64,000 nt of DNA from Camelus ferus (taxonomy: Eukaryota): the NCBI RefSeq assembly GCF_009834535.1, contig NC_045698.1, forward strand, positions 11,222,001-11,286,000, given 5' to 3'. Under the pieces are notes generated by a model. That model did not search any database, was not told where the DNA came from, and saw only the letters and a list, made by a program, of their open reading frames with translations. Position numbers and translations under genes: made by a program. Positions 12,350 through 24,850 of this stretch are shown here, in pieces. Position 1 is the stretch's first letter, and each line of letters opens with the position of its first letter.

Positions 12350-12700
12350 TGCAGCTGCAACATTCATCACCAGGTGCAGCAAACAGAACTCTTCCTTTGT
12401 CCTTTATTAGTTCACAAAACAGAAATCCAGTAGCAGAGTGGGGGTCAGGACCAGTTTGAACTGGGGTATGTGTTGGTGATGTTCATCTGATTTCTTTCTG
12501 CCTTTCGGCTTTTCTGTGTGTGTCTTCATGGTAGGGTGGACTCTCCTTTTTATGCAGTGTGGCTGCTAACAACTCCCAGGGTATTATCCAGAGACAGTGA
12601 GAGAGCGTCTTTTCCCTACCATCGAACAACTTTGGCCATTTAACTGCCCCTCTCTTCTGCCTGGTCAGTCACGGGGCAGTGAGGATGGGCTCGTGTTGAT
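12350..12700 (-). mobile_element. Old MaLR LTR (MLT1J/K-like) fragment
   Basis: ttattagttcacaaaacagaaatccag start and ttctgcctttcggcttttctgtgtgtg internal motif; highly degenerate. Confidence 0.4.
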
Positions 12701-14964
12701 AGGCTTAGGACGGGCAGCACTCTCTGCTGGAGCTGGAGGTGAATTCGCTGTCACCCAACCATGAGAGAGCCACACAAAGTCAGGGGGATGGGATGGACAG
12801 GACAATCACTGCACTCAGCGCACTGCTTTAGTTTCTCCTTCCTTTGAGTTCTGCTTTAGGAGGACTGCGGCTCTCTGTGAGGTCCTCTGTTGCTGCCATT
12901 CATATTTTCTCAGTTGCTTTGTGCTCAGAGACGCCTGTTGGCAGGGATGATTACCTCTACTCCTATGAAATCGAATTGTGGCTTCCTACTGTTGTTCCAT
13001 GGAGACCTTCTCCCAACCCAAGGAGAGTAGACGAGATAAAGGAGAATAGTGATACTGTTAGGGAGCATGGCAGGTAATAACATTGGGTCTTTCATTTGGG
13101 GGAGTGCTAAGATCACATTGGACAGGCAAGGTCAGAAGTCACACGCCCACAGAGAAGACACAGCTGTGTCAGCAAAATAATCCAGCTGTGATCTGGTGAC
13201 GCAAATATGTGTGTACGTGCATATACATTTGTGTATGTATAAATGTATTTCATTAATGCCAGGCATTTATTTATATACGTTTAACTTCCGTTCAGTAGAG
13301 GAAGGAGGAAATTAGTTAACAACTCCATCTCGTCCACTTGAGCTTTAACTCTTAGGATCTTGGTTTGTGGTTGTAAAGCAGGTTGTAGTATTGCTAGCGG
13401 GTTGATAACTTTTTGAGTCAAGGAGGAGTAAAGAATCTATGAGTGGAAAGGGATCTTGAAGATGAACTCCTCCAAGGTCTTTCTCCCCAGTCAGGTGCCA
13501 GCATTGATTGTCTTGAGTCTCATGAAAAGTCTTGAGTAGCTTCCTCAGGGCTTCTCAGCTGGTCAGGGAGAAAACGTGGATCCAAGCTATGAATTCTGGT
13601 TTCTTAAGTGTTTTCTTAACAGTATTTAGTGCCTGTGTCTTCTCTGTGATAAGAAGCTTGTTTTTTGTACTCTTTGCCAAGCAGGGCTGGTTTGAATCTT
13701 TTGTAGTTCCCTTATGCAGAATTTTGACAATAGCATTTTGCCCACGACTCCTTCTTAAATGGGCCATGTGGGATGGGAAACATAGTAAGATTCTAAGATT
13801 GTCTTGTGTTAATAAGATTTAAGATCTGAAAGACATGGCCCTTTTTTTTCCCTTTCACTGTTGGTCGACTTACTGCTTGTATATACAAAAAGGAGCGTCA
13901 ATGCTTTTCAAGAATTTAGTATTCAGACTTTCCACTTATTTGGATAGGTTGTCACTGATAAACATACTTTGTATAAAATCCCTGAGGTCAGTGATTGGCT
14001 GTAGGATACAAAGGTCTGTAACTATCAGACATAGACTAGGTTTGAAGCCACAAAATGTTGCTGCCTGTCCCTTTATGACACTCAGTGTTGAAAGGTGAAG
14101 TTGGTGATTTCTACACTCTTTCCCTGCCCTCAGGATCCTGCGGTAAAGTAACCTCTATCACCAAGATGGCTTTTTCACGGAACTGTGTCGAACATGGTGT
14201 CTGGCACATGGGGTGTTGGATGAATGAGTGAGTGAATCGGAAGAGGCAGTTGTGACTTTATTGACATCAGAGGCTCTTGATGCCAGCAGTGAGCACGTGG
14301 CTTTGAACTTGCCCTCGGATCCTGCTGGAACCGCCTTGAACTTCAGAAAGAACTCTTGTCCTTCCCTGTCCGTCTGGATTAAGCAAGGTGTGGTCTTGGG
14401 CCACGGCAGCCCCTTGGAACTTTGGAGGAAAATCACTGCTGCAAATTGAAGTGATATTGTTATGAGCATAAAACTGTCTTTTGAATGACTTCAAGTACAA
14501 AGAGAATTTTCGTGCTGATGCACTGATCCTGTAGCCCATCCATGGTCTGAACCTCCCGTTACTCTGCTCAGAACACAGCTGTGAAGCACCATCTGTCCGC
14601 AGCAGAGCAGCGTCTGTCCTGGTGTCAGCTGACATCTGGGTTAAGTCTTACAGAATTGCCTGAAGGCCCTTAGGTGGGTGTGAGCCGCCGGGAGCAGGCT
14701 CCGCCTTGATGCATCTAGTGAAATATTACCTGGCCTTTTCAGCGTAATACCACCCATGATGGTATGCCAAGGGCTTGCTTTTTCACGTGCTGGAAGACTC
14801 TTTTAGGACTTCTGCATCCATGATGCATTAAATCTTCCGGCTGATCTTTATTTTCCCTCATAATAATACTGCCATGCGAGGAGACTTGAGTAGATGCTCC
14901 TATGATAGACTCAGGGTAGGATTTTCTGCTTTCTGTTCGATTCTGCAGAAAACGGTGTTGGAGA

Positions 14965-15405
14965 ATCCACTGGGTTGAACAGTGTCCTCCCCCATCCTTT
15001 CCAATTCATGCCCTTCCTGAAACATCAGAACGTGACCTTGTTTGGAAATAGGGTTGCTGCAGATGTAATTAAGATGAGGGCACCCTGGACTAGAGTGGGC
15101 CCTTAATTCGAAAAGGCTGGCATCCTTGTAGGAAGGGGTACAGAGGCACACAGAGGGAAGCCGGCCATGTGATGGCCGGCAGAGACTGGAGGGACGCTCC
15201 CACAAACCAAGGAATGCCGAGGCTTGCTGGCAACTGCCCGAAGCCAGGAGAGAGGCATGGAACAGGTTCTCCCTGGAGCCCTTAGAGGCAGCAGGGCTAC
15301 CTGCTCGCACCTTGATTTCAGACTTGTAGCTTCCAAGCCTGTGAGACTATTTTAAGCCATCTAGTTAGTGGTCATCTGTTATAGCAGCCCCAGAAAACGA
15401 ATGCA
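14965..15405 (+). mobile_element. MaLR solo LTR (MLT1C-like)
   Basis: tgggttgaacagtgtcctcccc...cagaacgtgaccttgtttggaaatagggt...caaaccaaggaatgcc...ttatagcagccccagaaaacgaatgca. Confidence 0.9.
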
Positions 15406-15609
15406 GAGAACTGTGTAGTAGGGCACCACCGGGAAGCTGTATGAATTTTGTAAGTTCTGCTTTGCAAGCTCAACACATAACCAGTATGTAAAGACTCTCT
15501 TTTGGGGTAACCCAGATTTAAGTGGTGCTGTGAGGATGGGGTAGTGCTTTTTAGGAAACATTATGGGAACAGGGCTATTCTATTAGGAATAAACTACCAG
15601 TTTATAACC

Positions 15610-15745
15610 CACTTAACACATATGTACCGAGTGCCCATAATATGCCCAGCACAGTGCTTGCTTTGGAGGGGAGAGCAAAGGATGGAATAGGTGTGGAATC
15701 TCCCCTCATAGGGTGAGGGTCCAGTGGAGAACACAGACATGATTG
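15610..15745 (-). mobile_element. L2 3' end fragment
   Basis: acttaacacatatgtaccgagtgcccataatatgcccagcacagtgct. Confidence 0.55.
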
Positions 15746-15899
15746 TTTGCAATCAACCTACATATTTTTAATGTCATTATTAAAAAAAAAGCAGTCACAC
15801 TGAAGAGCAATGAGGTTTTGTGAATCAGTATTTGGGAACATCACTTAATGATCCTACTTAAAAACTTAAAAACATACTGCATTTATGTTCAGTTCTATT

Positions 15900-15995
15900 T
15901 GTGTGTGATACAGATTGTGTCTTGTTTTTCCTAGTGCTAACTACAATCCTTCACATGCAGTAGGTTTAGCAAGTAGTTGTTGAATTAAATTGAAT
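15900..15995 (+). mobile_element. L2 3' terminus
   Basis: cacatgcagtaggtttagcaagtagttgttgaattaaattgaat. Confidence 0.55.
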
Positions 15996-16026
15996 TATTG
16001 ATGAAGAATAAAAATAGGGAGGAGAG

Positions 16027-16255
16027 TTAATAGCTAACGTCTGTTATGTATCTATTATATGTATTTGCCTTATGAACAACTTACTTAATAAGCAACTGAC
16101 TTATTTACCTCATTTTATTCTTGCTGTAAAATGTATATTTACTGATACGTTTTACAGATGGAGAAACTGAGATTCTCAGAAAGTATGGAAATTTCCTTCA
16201 TCTCAGCCAGCCAAGACGTGGGTCCAAGCAGTCTGCCTTCGGCTCCATGCCCTCC
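16027..16255 (-). mobile_element. MIR
   Basis: ttaatagctaacgt...cgttttacagatggagaaactgag...ccaagcagtctgccttc. Confidence 0.75.
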
Positions 16256-17084
16256 AGGGCAGCATCTCCTGCTTTAGTCCCACTTGCAGACCTCCTGCCA
16301 CCTTAGGTGGATTTGTTTAAGAGGGCTGTGTTGAGATCATGTGCCTTCCTTCTTTTTCTTTTTAGTCATCACAGCCTCCAAGAGTCATGTAGATAAGATG
16401 GGCTTTAATTGAGATTTTTGTTTAATGCCGTCTTTGTGCATCGAGGTAAAGAGAGTGACACTCCGATGTGGAATGACCGCTGATCAACTTAAATCATTTC
16501 TATTCAATTCTTTCTTTAGCCTTTGGTTTGTAAGCTGAAACCACGTAAGTGGTTGGATCCCTTGCAGGGTCCTGTGTGCGCAGTTAAGCTGCGCTGGTAC
16601 TTCACGGTTTTGCTTGTGTGGTGTTGGAGCGGGAACACCCCCTCCTGCACCGTCTTCCTTGAGGCTGAAGCTCTTGCCCTTCCTAGAGAGAACATGGACC
16701 ATTTTCATGGAGTGGAGAAAGGGAATGTCCAGGGAAGCATCCTCTGGGTGTCCAGCTCCAGTCAGAGCCCTGTAGGCTTCCGAAGAGCCGAGCTTGGCAG
16801 CAGGTGTGTGTTTGGATTCCCAGAGCCCTGTGCTGCCCCTTCAGCATCTGGGATGGGGGTGTTGGCAGCCCACCCCGAAGCTGCAGTGGGATTGTAAGGA
16901 AATGTCTCTGGAGGAGCTGCTGACTCTCAGTGGCATTGCCTCTGGTTCTCTCTGGAAGAACTCTGTCCTGTACTCACCTGCTCCAACCATGGTGCTAGGG
17001 ATCTGATTTTGACTGGAAATGACAAGCACTCGAAGTTTCAAGGTTAAAAATCACAAGCAGCCAAAGCCAGCATCCTGTCACAGC

Positions 17085-17548
17085 AGTGTTATCTGCAGTA
17101 GACACAAGATGGAAACACCCCAGGTGCCCATTGGTACACCCCCAAATGTGGTACCTACACACGATGGAATATTATTCAGCGATAAAACAGAATGAAGTAC
17201 TAATACAGGCTACAACCTGGATGAACCTTAAAAACATTGTAAGTGAAAAAAGCCAGACATGAAAGGATGAATTTTACATGATTCTACTTATATGAAATAT
17301 CTAGAATAAGCTAATTCATCCAGACGGAAAGCAGATTAGAGGTTATCAGGGGCTGGGGTGGAGGGATGGGGAGATATTACATAATGGTACAGAATTTCTG
17401 TGTCAGGTAATGAAACAGTTTTGGAAACTGCAGTGATGGTTGCACAACATTGTGAATGGCATGGATGCCACTCAATTGTACATGTAAAAAACAGTTAAAA
17501 TGGCAAATTTTATGTTATATATCTAAATTTAAAGTAATGGAAAAAAGG
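17085..17548 (+). mobile_element. L1MB-like 3' end
   Basis: atggaatattattcagcgataaaacagaatgaagtac...tggatgaaccttaaaaac...gtgatggttgcacaacattgtgaat...aaaatggcaaattttatgtt. Confidence 0.9.
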
Positions 17549-19383
17549 CCAGAAACCCGAACCAGATCTGGCCTCTCTTAGCCATGAGGCAAATACTAAA
17601 AAGTGTCCTTGACTTTTCTCAGGCTGAGCATAAACCTGTGAGAACCGCAGCCTCTCAGGAGAAGGGCCCAGCATGCCGCCTCAGCGTGAAGTTGGTGCTC
17701 CATTAACATAGCTGGTTCCCTGTCTCTGCCCTGGGCCACCCCTGCTTCCCACCTGTGCATTCTGCTTAGTGGCCTTGTGTCCATTTATTAGGTGCTTTGG
17801 GAAACTGAGGTAAAGAAAGTACCAGTTAGGATATTAAAAAGCTTGAAAGGAAAAACAAAACATGAGCCTGAGAGTTCTCTCTTCCCTTTGCTTTCTTCCT
17901 CTTGTCCCCCTTAGACTGTACTTCCAGTCTTCACCAGGAGCGCACAAAAAGTCGAAGCAAAGCTGATGACACAATCTACTGTTTGTCACTCACAGTCAAG
18001 GACAGCAGGGGCTCAGATTTGATTCCTCCTCGTTTCACTCTGCTTTTCTCTCTACTTCAGCATCTTCCATGCTGGGGAACTCCTCTATTAAATCTCTCCC
18101 CGTTGGCCTGAAGGAGCTAATATGCTTTCACAATATGTGTTCAGTTTCTTTACAGAAACTAATATGCACCTGGGCCAGGGATTAAGCCAGATCATTCTTT
18201 GAGATAACTATTATTATTATTCTGTATATGCAGACATTTGAACTGTGGATCAAAGAAGATAAACTATCTCAAGATAACAATCAGGAAAATAACAGTGAAT
18301 TCAACACACAAACATGACCTGCTGCTCCCTTGATCTAATTCTGAGATATTGAAGAAAAAATTCTCTTTCCTTTGGTGTGGACATTTAATATTAAATCAAG
18401 CTCTCATGGTGCACCAACAGTCACTCGGAAACAAGGTACCCCAGAGAAACAGGAAGCAAGGGGCCGAGGCCCCACATGGGTTCACGTGCTTCCTTGTGGA
18501 TTTCATATCAGAAGTCTGCGGCTGAAATCCGCAGGAATGAATTCAATGCACATAATCTGGAATTGATAAAGGCAGTCAGTTCTGCAACTGATTTCTTGGA
18601 ATCTCAAGACTGTTAGAAATCATAGGACCCTGTTGATTCATCTTTTGGTCACTTATTGATTGATCTTTTCTATTTCTCCCTTTACCTTCCTCCATATTAT
18701 CAATAAATAGCAATGGAATGTCTGCTTTGTTTTAAATATCTGCATTTGCAACATCAGCCTGGGCCCTGGGAGCAAGAAGAGAGAAGAAACTTAGTGTTGC
18801 AGTTTTATATATGGCATTTTAAAATTAAAATAGACTTAAAATCCCCCTCTAATAGGATCCCTATTTAATGAATATTCTTCTTTTCTTCAGACATTGGGAA
18901 AACCTGGCACCCTCTAACAGAGAGCCTGAAGGAATGCATGATTGGAATCATACTTTTTTGCTGATATTCCTGGGTTAACAGCATTCCCCAGTAACAAATG
19001 ATCGACCCGCTAACTAACTTGTCCATACTGTGGTTCAGGATTACACGTGTGTGTGTTCACCTGTCACTGACAACACTTAGCCACCTCAGTGCGTTATTAG
19101 TCTTCGCTTGCTTTGATGTTTATATATTTGATACCTAATTGTTTATTTAGTTGCCCTCATTTGGACCTTTAGCCCACTTGGAAAGAAATTCAGTAAAGAA
19201 TAAAATTTTATTTTACCAAATCCAACAGGCACACTTTGGATATGCTAACAACCCCTAATGGGGGTTTTGGCCATTGATCAAATAAACAAACTTTCATGTA
19301 GCAGTTGGATGGAGAGCAGAATTGCCAACTGTGTTTATGCTTGAGGGGTTTTGCTGGATGTATAAGGCATGTGTAATTTCACT

Positions 19384-19485
19384 TATATGCATATATAATA
19401 TTTACTATATATGTAGTATATATAATATTTATACTATATATATGCGTATATAATATTTACTTACTATTATATATGCATATAATAG
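19384..19485. repeat. AT-rich degenerate minisatellite (~3.5 copies of TATATGCRTATATAATATTTAC)
   Basis: Units start at about 19384, 19406, 19435 and 19466. Confidence 0.8.
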
Positions 19486-19569
19486 CAAAATATGATTAGT
19501 GTTTTAAGTTTTCATTTCTTGTTTCCTGATACAAATTGAACTGTGATAAACGGGTCAATATGAAACAGT

Positions 19570-19830
19570 CATGCGTGGTGGGCTCTCACCGGCACTGGAC
19601 GTGATTGACTGGTTTACAAGCCATCGCTCACCGCAACCTCTCCCAAACCCTGTAAGATGGGTACAGCTCACCTATTTTTAGTAGAGGAAGTAGGTAGTTG
19701 GTTTTTGGTTAGTTTTTATCCCTGTTTTATGGATGGAGACAATAAAGCTCAGAGAGTTTGAGGGATCTTCTCGCGGGCATGGTGCACGGAAGGGGTGGAT
19801 ATGGAATTTAAACTCACGTGGGTCTGACAC
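19570..19830 (-). mobile_element. MIR fragments
   Basis: caaaccctgtaagatgggtac; tttatccctgttttatggatggagacaataaagctcagagag...ggaatttaaactcacgtgggtctgac. Confidence 0.6.
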
Positions 19831-19834
19831 CATG

Positions 19835-20368
19835 ACACACCATCTGTGTCCACCCGGCCAGGCTGTAATACCCAGCTGTGTCATCAGACACTAGTCAAGG
19901 TGTTGCCATGAGGGCATTTTGTAGATGTGGTTAACGTCTGCAGTCATAACTTTTAGAGAAGTTACCTTCGATAATGACTGTTGATCGGATAGTGGGCCTT
20001 CAGTCCAATCAATTGAAGGGCTTCAAAGTGCAATGTGAGATTTACTGGAAAAGAAGGAATTCTGCCTCAAGACTGCAGCGTTAACTCCCACCTGAGTTTG
20101 CATCCAGCTGCTGGCCTGCCTACGTGACAGATTTCCAACTTGTCAGCTCCAACTATTATGTGAGCCAATTCCTTTAAATATCTCTTTCTAATTCTGTGTT
20201 TCTATATATTATATCTACACATATATCCTACATATATGTATATATAATATATATATATATTTATAAAAATAAATTTCTAATTTCCCCTGGTCCTTCCATG
20301 TATCTTGATAGGAAATATTTATGTATCTCTTATCAGTTCTGTTTCTCTGGAGAAGCCTGGCTGATGCA
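19835..20368 (+). mobile_element. ERVL solo LTR (MLT2D-like) with internal (TA)n-rich expansion
   Basis: ggtgttgccatgagggcattttgtagatgtggttaac...gaattctgcctcaagactgcagc...gtgagccaattcctttaaat...gttctgtttctctggagaagcctggctgatgca. Confidence 0.88.
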
Positions 20369-20384
20369 GACAGCAAGGCACGGG

Positions 20385-20530
20385 CACCATGACACCCATT
20401 TGCAAAAGTTGAAAGAGGTTTCCATCTCTGTGTTACAGGAGAGGAAACAAGATTTAGAGTTTGAGAGACTTGCTCATGGATACACGTGCAACTTGGAAAT
20501 GGTAGAGCTGGGTTTTGAACACTCAAAACC
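20385..20530 (-). mobile_element. MIR fragment
   Basis: gttacaggagaggaaacaag...gacttgctcatgg...ggtagagctgggttttgaac. Confidence 0.6.
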
Positions 20531-21714
20531 ACAAATTGCTCCAATTGTACGAGAAGTGGGCAGCCATGCTGGTTGTAGGACAGAGTGGCCCACATTTATT
20601 AAGCACATGTCTGTGTGAGAGTCACTGGGCTGAGCTCTTTGCCTGGCCTTACTGGGTTCTTGGGGCAGCTTTATGTGGAGGTGAAGGCGTTGGTCACCAG
20701 GAGAAGCTACTGCATGCTTCTCAGACCTGGCAGAGCTGATCACTCGGAGGGCTTGTTGACACACGGGTGGCTGAGCTCTACCCCTAGTTTCCCATTTAAG
20801 GGCAAGGGAATTAAGCTCCCCCTTTTGCAGCGGCGTTGACACGGAATTTGTAGATAGATTTTAAAACCATCACACCTCAGTCCTTACTGGTGTTGGTGTC
20901 CTCTCAGATCTGGCTGTGCCTCCCCTTCAGCCCTGAGGTGGTGATTGGCCCTTGTTCTGGCTGCGGAGGCATCACACCCAGAGTACTGACTCCCCCAGGC
21001 AAGACCCTAACAGACTGTCCTCTACTTGGGGTCCTGTCGATGCCACAAGGGAACCCAGGTGACTCCAGGAAGTTGCACCTCAGGACTTCTCTGAGCCCAG
21101 CCAGACTACCCTGCAGCCTGACTTGGCCATGCGTCTAGTTGGTGCTGGGGCATCTAATAGGGGGGGACCACACCCTTCTGTCCCCAGAGCTACTGTTCCA
21201 TGTCTAACCCATCTTCCCTTCTCTCAGAGGAAGCCCAGAGAGGAAGAACAAGGATGTGATCTGGGTACGTCTTACCCATGCCTCCCCTTCCCCTGGTCCT
21301 TTCCAGGTTTTTCCAGGTTTCCCTAGGCTGGGCTTCCTGCCCCATCTTCTGACCACTTCCCTCTGGTCTGGAATTCCTTTATATAGAACTCCAGGGTTGA
21401 ACTGAAAGATCTGGCCCTTGATTTGCTAAAGGAGGTGAGAAATGGATGCAGTTCCTTCCTAAAACAATAGCTTGGCTTACAAGAACACTTATACTGCAGA
21501 TTTGTTTCTGACTGTTAGAAGCTGAATATCACCTTGTTCTTTACCTCTGAGTTTCTCCTATAGCATGTTTTCTGTAAGCTCCGCTCTCCCCTGCTGGACC
21601 CAACACACACACCCTTTTCCTCTCCACTTGAACTCACTAAAGAAATGGTTATGCTTCCAGAAGCAAGGCAGAAGAGAAGGGCATGTTAATAGTATCCAAA
21701 ATACGAGCCCTGTT

Positions 21715-21910
21715 ACACTAAGATTTATAAAATACTTTCTAAATGCACTATCCTAACTGATATATCTGCATTATTTTATTTAATCTGACTCCACATTGTT
21801 TAGGGTTGAAAAAAACTAAAGCATCAAGGGGTTTAATAATTTACTCACTACTAGTAAGTGGCAAATCCAGATATAAACCCTGGCTTCCTGACTCTAGATC
21901 CTGCACTTAA
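21715..21910 (-). mobile_element. MIR fragment
   Basis: ctagtaagtggcaaatccagatataaaccctggcttcctgactctagatcc. Confidence 0.65.
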
Positions 21911-21966
21911 GTGTATCTGAAAGCTGGCTACACGCTGTGAAACCAGATTTAATTCAAGATTATATG

Positions 21967-22549
21967 AACTTGACTCTCACTATTTTTGGATTGCATATTT
22001 GCGAATTTGCCTACCAGCTGAAATTTATTTGTAATTCCAGATCAGGACTCATGATGCTTTCATGGCCATCCTTGGACGTACACAGGGAGGTGAAGAATTT
22101 GACTCTGCAGGTGTGCAGGATCTGGGGTTGACAAGATGCCTTCTTGTTTCAACTCTCATGCTATAAATAAGTGTCCTTCTTATAGTCTGTTTGGTGCCAC
22201 TTATTTTGCATTTTTGTGCTTTTTCTTGGTGATTTCACTATTTGAAATGGCCCCCAATGGTAGTGCTGAAGAGCTGTCTAATATTCCTACATGCAAGAAG
22301 GCTGTGATGGGCTTTGCATGTAGGCTTGAGTTACTGTGCTGTTGGCCTTGAGTTCAATGCTAATGAATGAACAGTATTTATTAAGGTGTCTAAAAACACA
22401 CATACAACAAGGTTATGTGTTGATGGGTTGACGAAAATGTGATCAGAGGCTCACAGACACCTAATCCTGTGTTTTCTCTTGGAGCACTGATTCCATGCTG
22501 TTAATTCTGTGTTTGCAGTGACTTCGTAGACCATCACCAGAATTGATTG
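21967..22549 (+). mobile_element. Tigger-type DNA transposon MITE (MER82-like), near full length
   Basis: atttgcgaatttgcctac...gccttcttgtttcaactctcat...gcatttttgtgctttttcttggtgatttc...gcaagaaggctgtgatg...gttgacgaaaatgtgatcagaggctc. Confidence 0.85.
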
Positions 22550-24431
22550 TATCTATCTCTGTATTATCTTGCTTTAATTATTTAATTCCTTAAATACTCA
22601 GGCATTTAAAAATGTTTTACTTATCAAAAGGTGCACATTCTTAATGGAGGTGATTGCATCCCCAAGAGAACAAAAGTTGGGTTCTTGGTTGAGGGGTGGT
22701 GAAAATTCTTACTTATTTTGTATGTAAAAAGCAGATATATATGTGTGTGTGTGTGTATAGATGTACACACAGCACATATAAGATCTACAGTATATTTGTG
22801 GTGTTACAATTTCATTTGAAGGTTGATAAGGAAAAACGTCTAAAAAGTTTCCTTGGCGGGAGGGCAATCATGAAACAGTCGCAGGGCATAGTGAGTAATA
22901 TGAGGAAGCATCTGAAGTGTCTACTAGACTGCACAACACAGCATACACCCTCAGTGCTCGCTGTTATTGGAAATATCATTAATGATACCATTTTTTTCCC
23001 CAATCTTTCCTTTCTTGATAGGCTAGAGTTTCTTAAATTGGAGATTGGGGTCATCCTGAGGAGTCTGCACACCCATTTTCAGATCTGCCTGAAATTTCCT
23101 CTCAAAAGTGTTGTTTTCTTTTGTGCTTTCATTGTTACAATAATCTTGAAAATAATAATTGTAGACTGGTTTCCCTCTGTAACAGGCTTCTCCCACCAGA
23201 GTTCATTGTTCAAGTGGGCCCCTGTCTTTTAAGGAAGGAGCTGGGCTTCAGTGGTTATAAGCTAATAAGGAATAAAAGAAGAGCAGGCTTAAAACACGTG
23301 AGTGATACAGTCAGATCAAGTGAGGACCAACTGACATGCGTCCCGCTGTGGCAGGAAGGACTCCCTGAGTTTGGTGGAGGGAAGTGGTGCGCATGGCCAA
23401 GTCCTCCCAGGGCCTGGGGTAGCTGGGCGTGCCGAAACCAAGAGCACGTTGGCTTCAGCAGCCAGTATGCAGTCTCCGTTTTGAAAGGCAATGTAATTTC
23501 AGCAAAATAATATCATCTGCCATGTTAAATGAATGCTGTTAATTTGAATTTTATGGGTTGTATTGTTTTGGTGTCCAGTTCGTTATTTTGTTTTGGTCTT
23601 ATTGTTGAATCAAATCTAAGGCAGATGGAGTTCATTTCTAGCTTTCCATCACTGTGCGTCACTAGGTAACAATACAGTACAAATAATTTCTGTGTGTTAG
23701 CGGTGCACAGCAATGCTTTTCTTGCCATATTACAGGGAAGGTTCGCATTACTCAGGTTTGAGGAGAATGATTCTGGACTCATAGAATCATAGACTGTTTG
23801 AGTTGCTGGGAATCACTTAGTCCAAACATGTCCACTATTGGATTTGGGCCCTGAGCTTCCTGGGGGAGAAGTGAGGGTCCAAGGTCTAAAAGCAAGAGCA
23901 GCAGACTAAGGTCAGAGGCCACGCTGACATACTTCTAACTGGGCATCTGGTCCAACTTGTCAACCCCCCACCAAAGGTGAACCATGGCTGGTAAATGGTG
24001 CTGCCTGACACACATAAATGACGATACAGTGTTGGAGGGTTTCTCACCATCTCTGCTAACCCTGAGGGAGGAGGATGTGGAATGGGCAGAGAGGATGGGA
24101 ATAGCAGACTTGTTTCAGAGTCACAATGAGCCGTGCGCAGTGGTGAGAAGAAACAGCAGCCATGTACTTCCCTGCCCGGGTGATACCACCATGAACTTGG
24201 ATGGTTCCATTAGCAGCATTAGCAAACAAAAATCCTGAAGCTTCTTCAAATGAAGCTCATTTTCTACTTTGTCCTTTTATAGACTGTTTGCTTTCCCCAC
24301 CTAACTGGGGTGTGTACCATTGTGCAGGGGAGACTATTGTAAAGCAGTGTTTCTCAGCTGCGTGTAAGAGCTTATTTAGATCATAACTTGTGGAGCGAAA
24401 AGAGTTCATTTGGGATATAATTGGCTGGTCC

Positions 24432-24850
24432 TTGTTTTAGTTTTCTAGGTCCGCATAACACATTACTGTGAATTTAGCTGCAGCTTAACACGACATACAT
24501 CTATTATCCCACTGTTTCCTTGGGTCAGAATTCTGGGCTTGGATCAGCTGGGTCTTTTGTTCAGGATCTTGCAAAGCTGCAGTCAAGGTGTTGGCCAGGG
24601 CTGCTTTCTCTTCTGAGGTTGGGGTTCTCTACTATGCTTACGTGGGGCTGGTAGAATTCATTTCTTTGCAGCTGTAGAACTCATGGTGACTTGCTTCTTC
24701 AAGACTAGCAGGAAGGGTCTCTCTCTTTTAGACTCTTTAAAAGGGTTTACTTATGTGTTTAGGTCAGGATCACCCAGGATAATCACCCATTTGATTAAAG
24801 TCAAACTGCTATAGGAAATTTAATTACAGCTGCACAATCCTCCCCTTGTG
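24432..24850 (-). mobile_element. MaLR solo LTR (MLT1E/F-like)
   Basis: ttagttttctagg...gcaaagctgcagtcaaggtgttggccagggctgc...ggtcaggatcacccaggataatcacccatttgattaaagtcaaactg. Confidence 0.85.

Noticed and set aside
12914-13079. Candidate exon ending at CAG|gtaata (13073) within ORF 12844-13077
   Set aside because: All three possible acceptors give non-3n lengths (160, 145, 143 nt), the peptide is unrecognisable and the donor is moderate.
14623-14634. 12-bp palindrome TGTCAGCTGACA (also CTAGAATTCTAG at 36460 and 59755; GCGCAG-N5-CTGCGC at 16578)
   Set aside because: Roughly 64000/4^6, about 16, perfect 12-bp palindromes are expected by chance.
17349-17371. G-quadruplex motif GGGG-CT-GGGG-TGGA-GGG-AT-GGGG
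   Set aside because: It is the ordinary G-rich tract of an L1 3'UTR.
17870-17914. Long pyrimidine tract plus TAG acceptor
   Set aside because: No usable donor or polyA signal nearby; orphan acceptors are common.
22696-23232. 178-aa ORF and overlapping 129-aa ORF (23121-23510)
   Set aside because: Begins in a TG microsatellite (VCVYRCTH) and has no homology I recognise. The AG/GT pair at 23186-23297 hits a stop in the FBXL7 frame and is the kind of pseudo-exon expected by chance.
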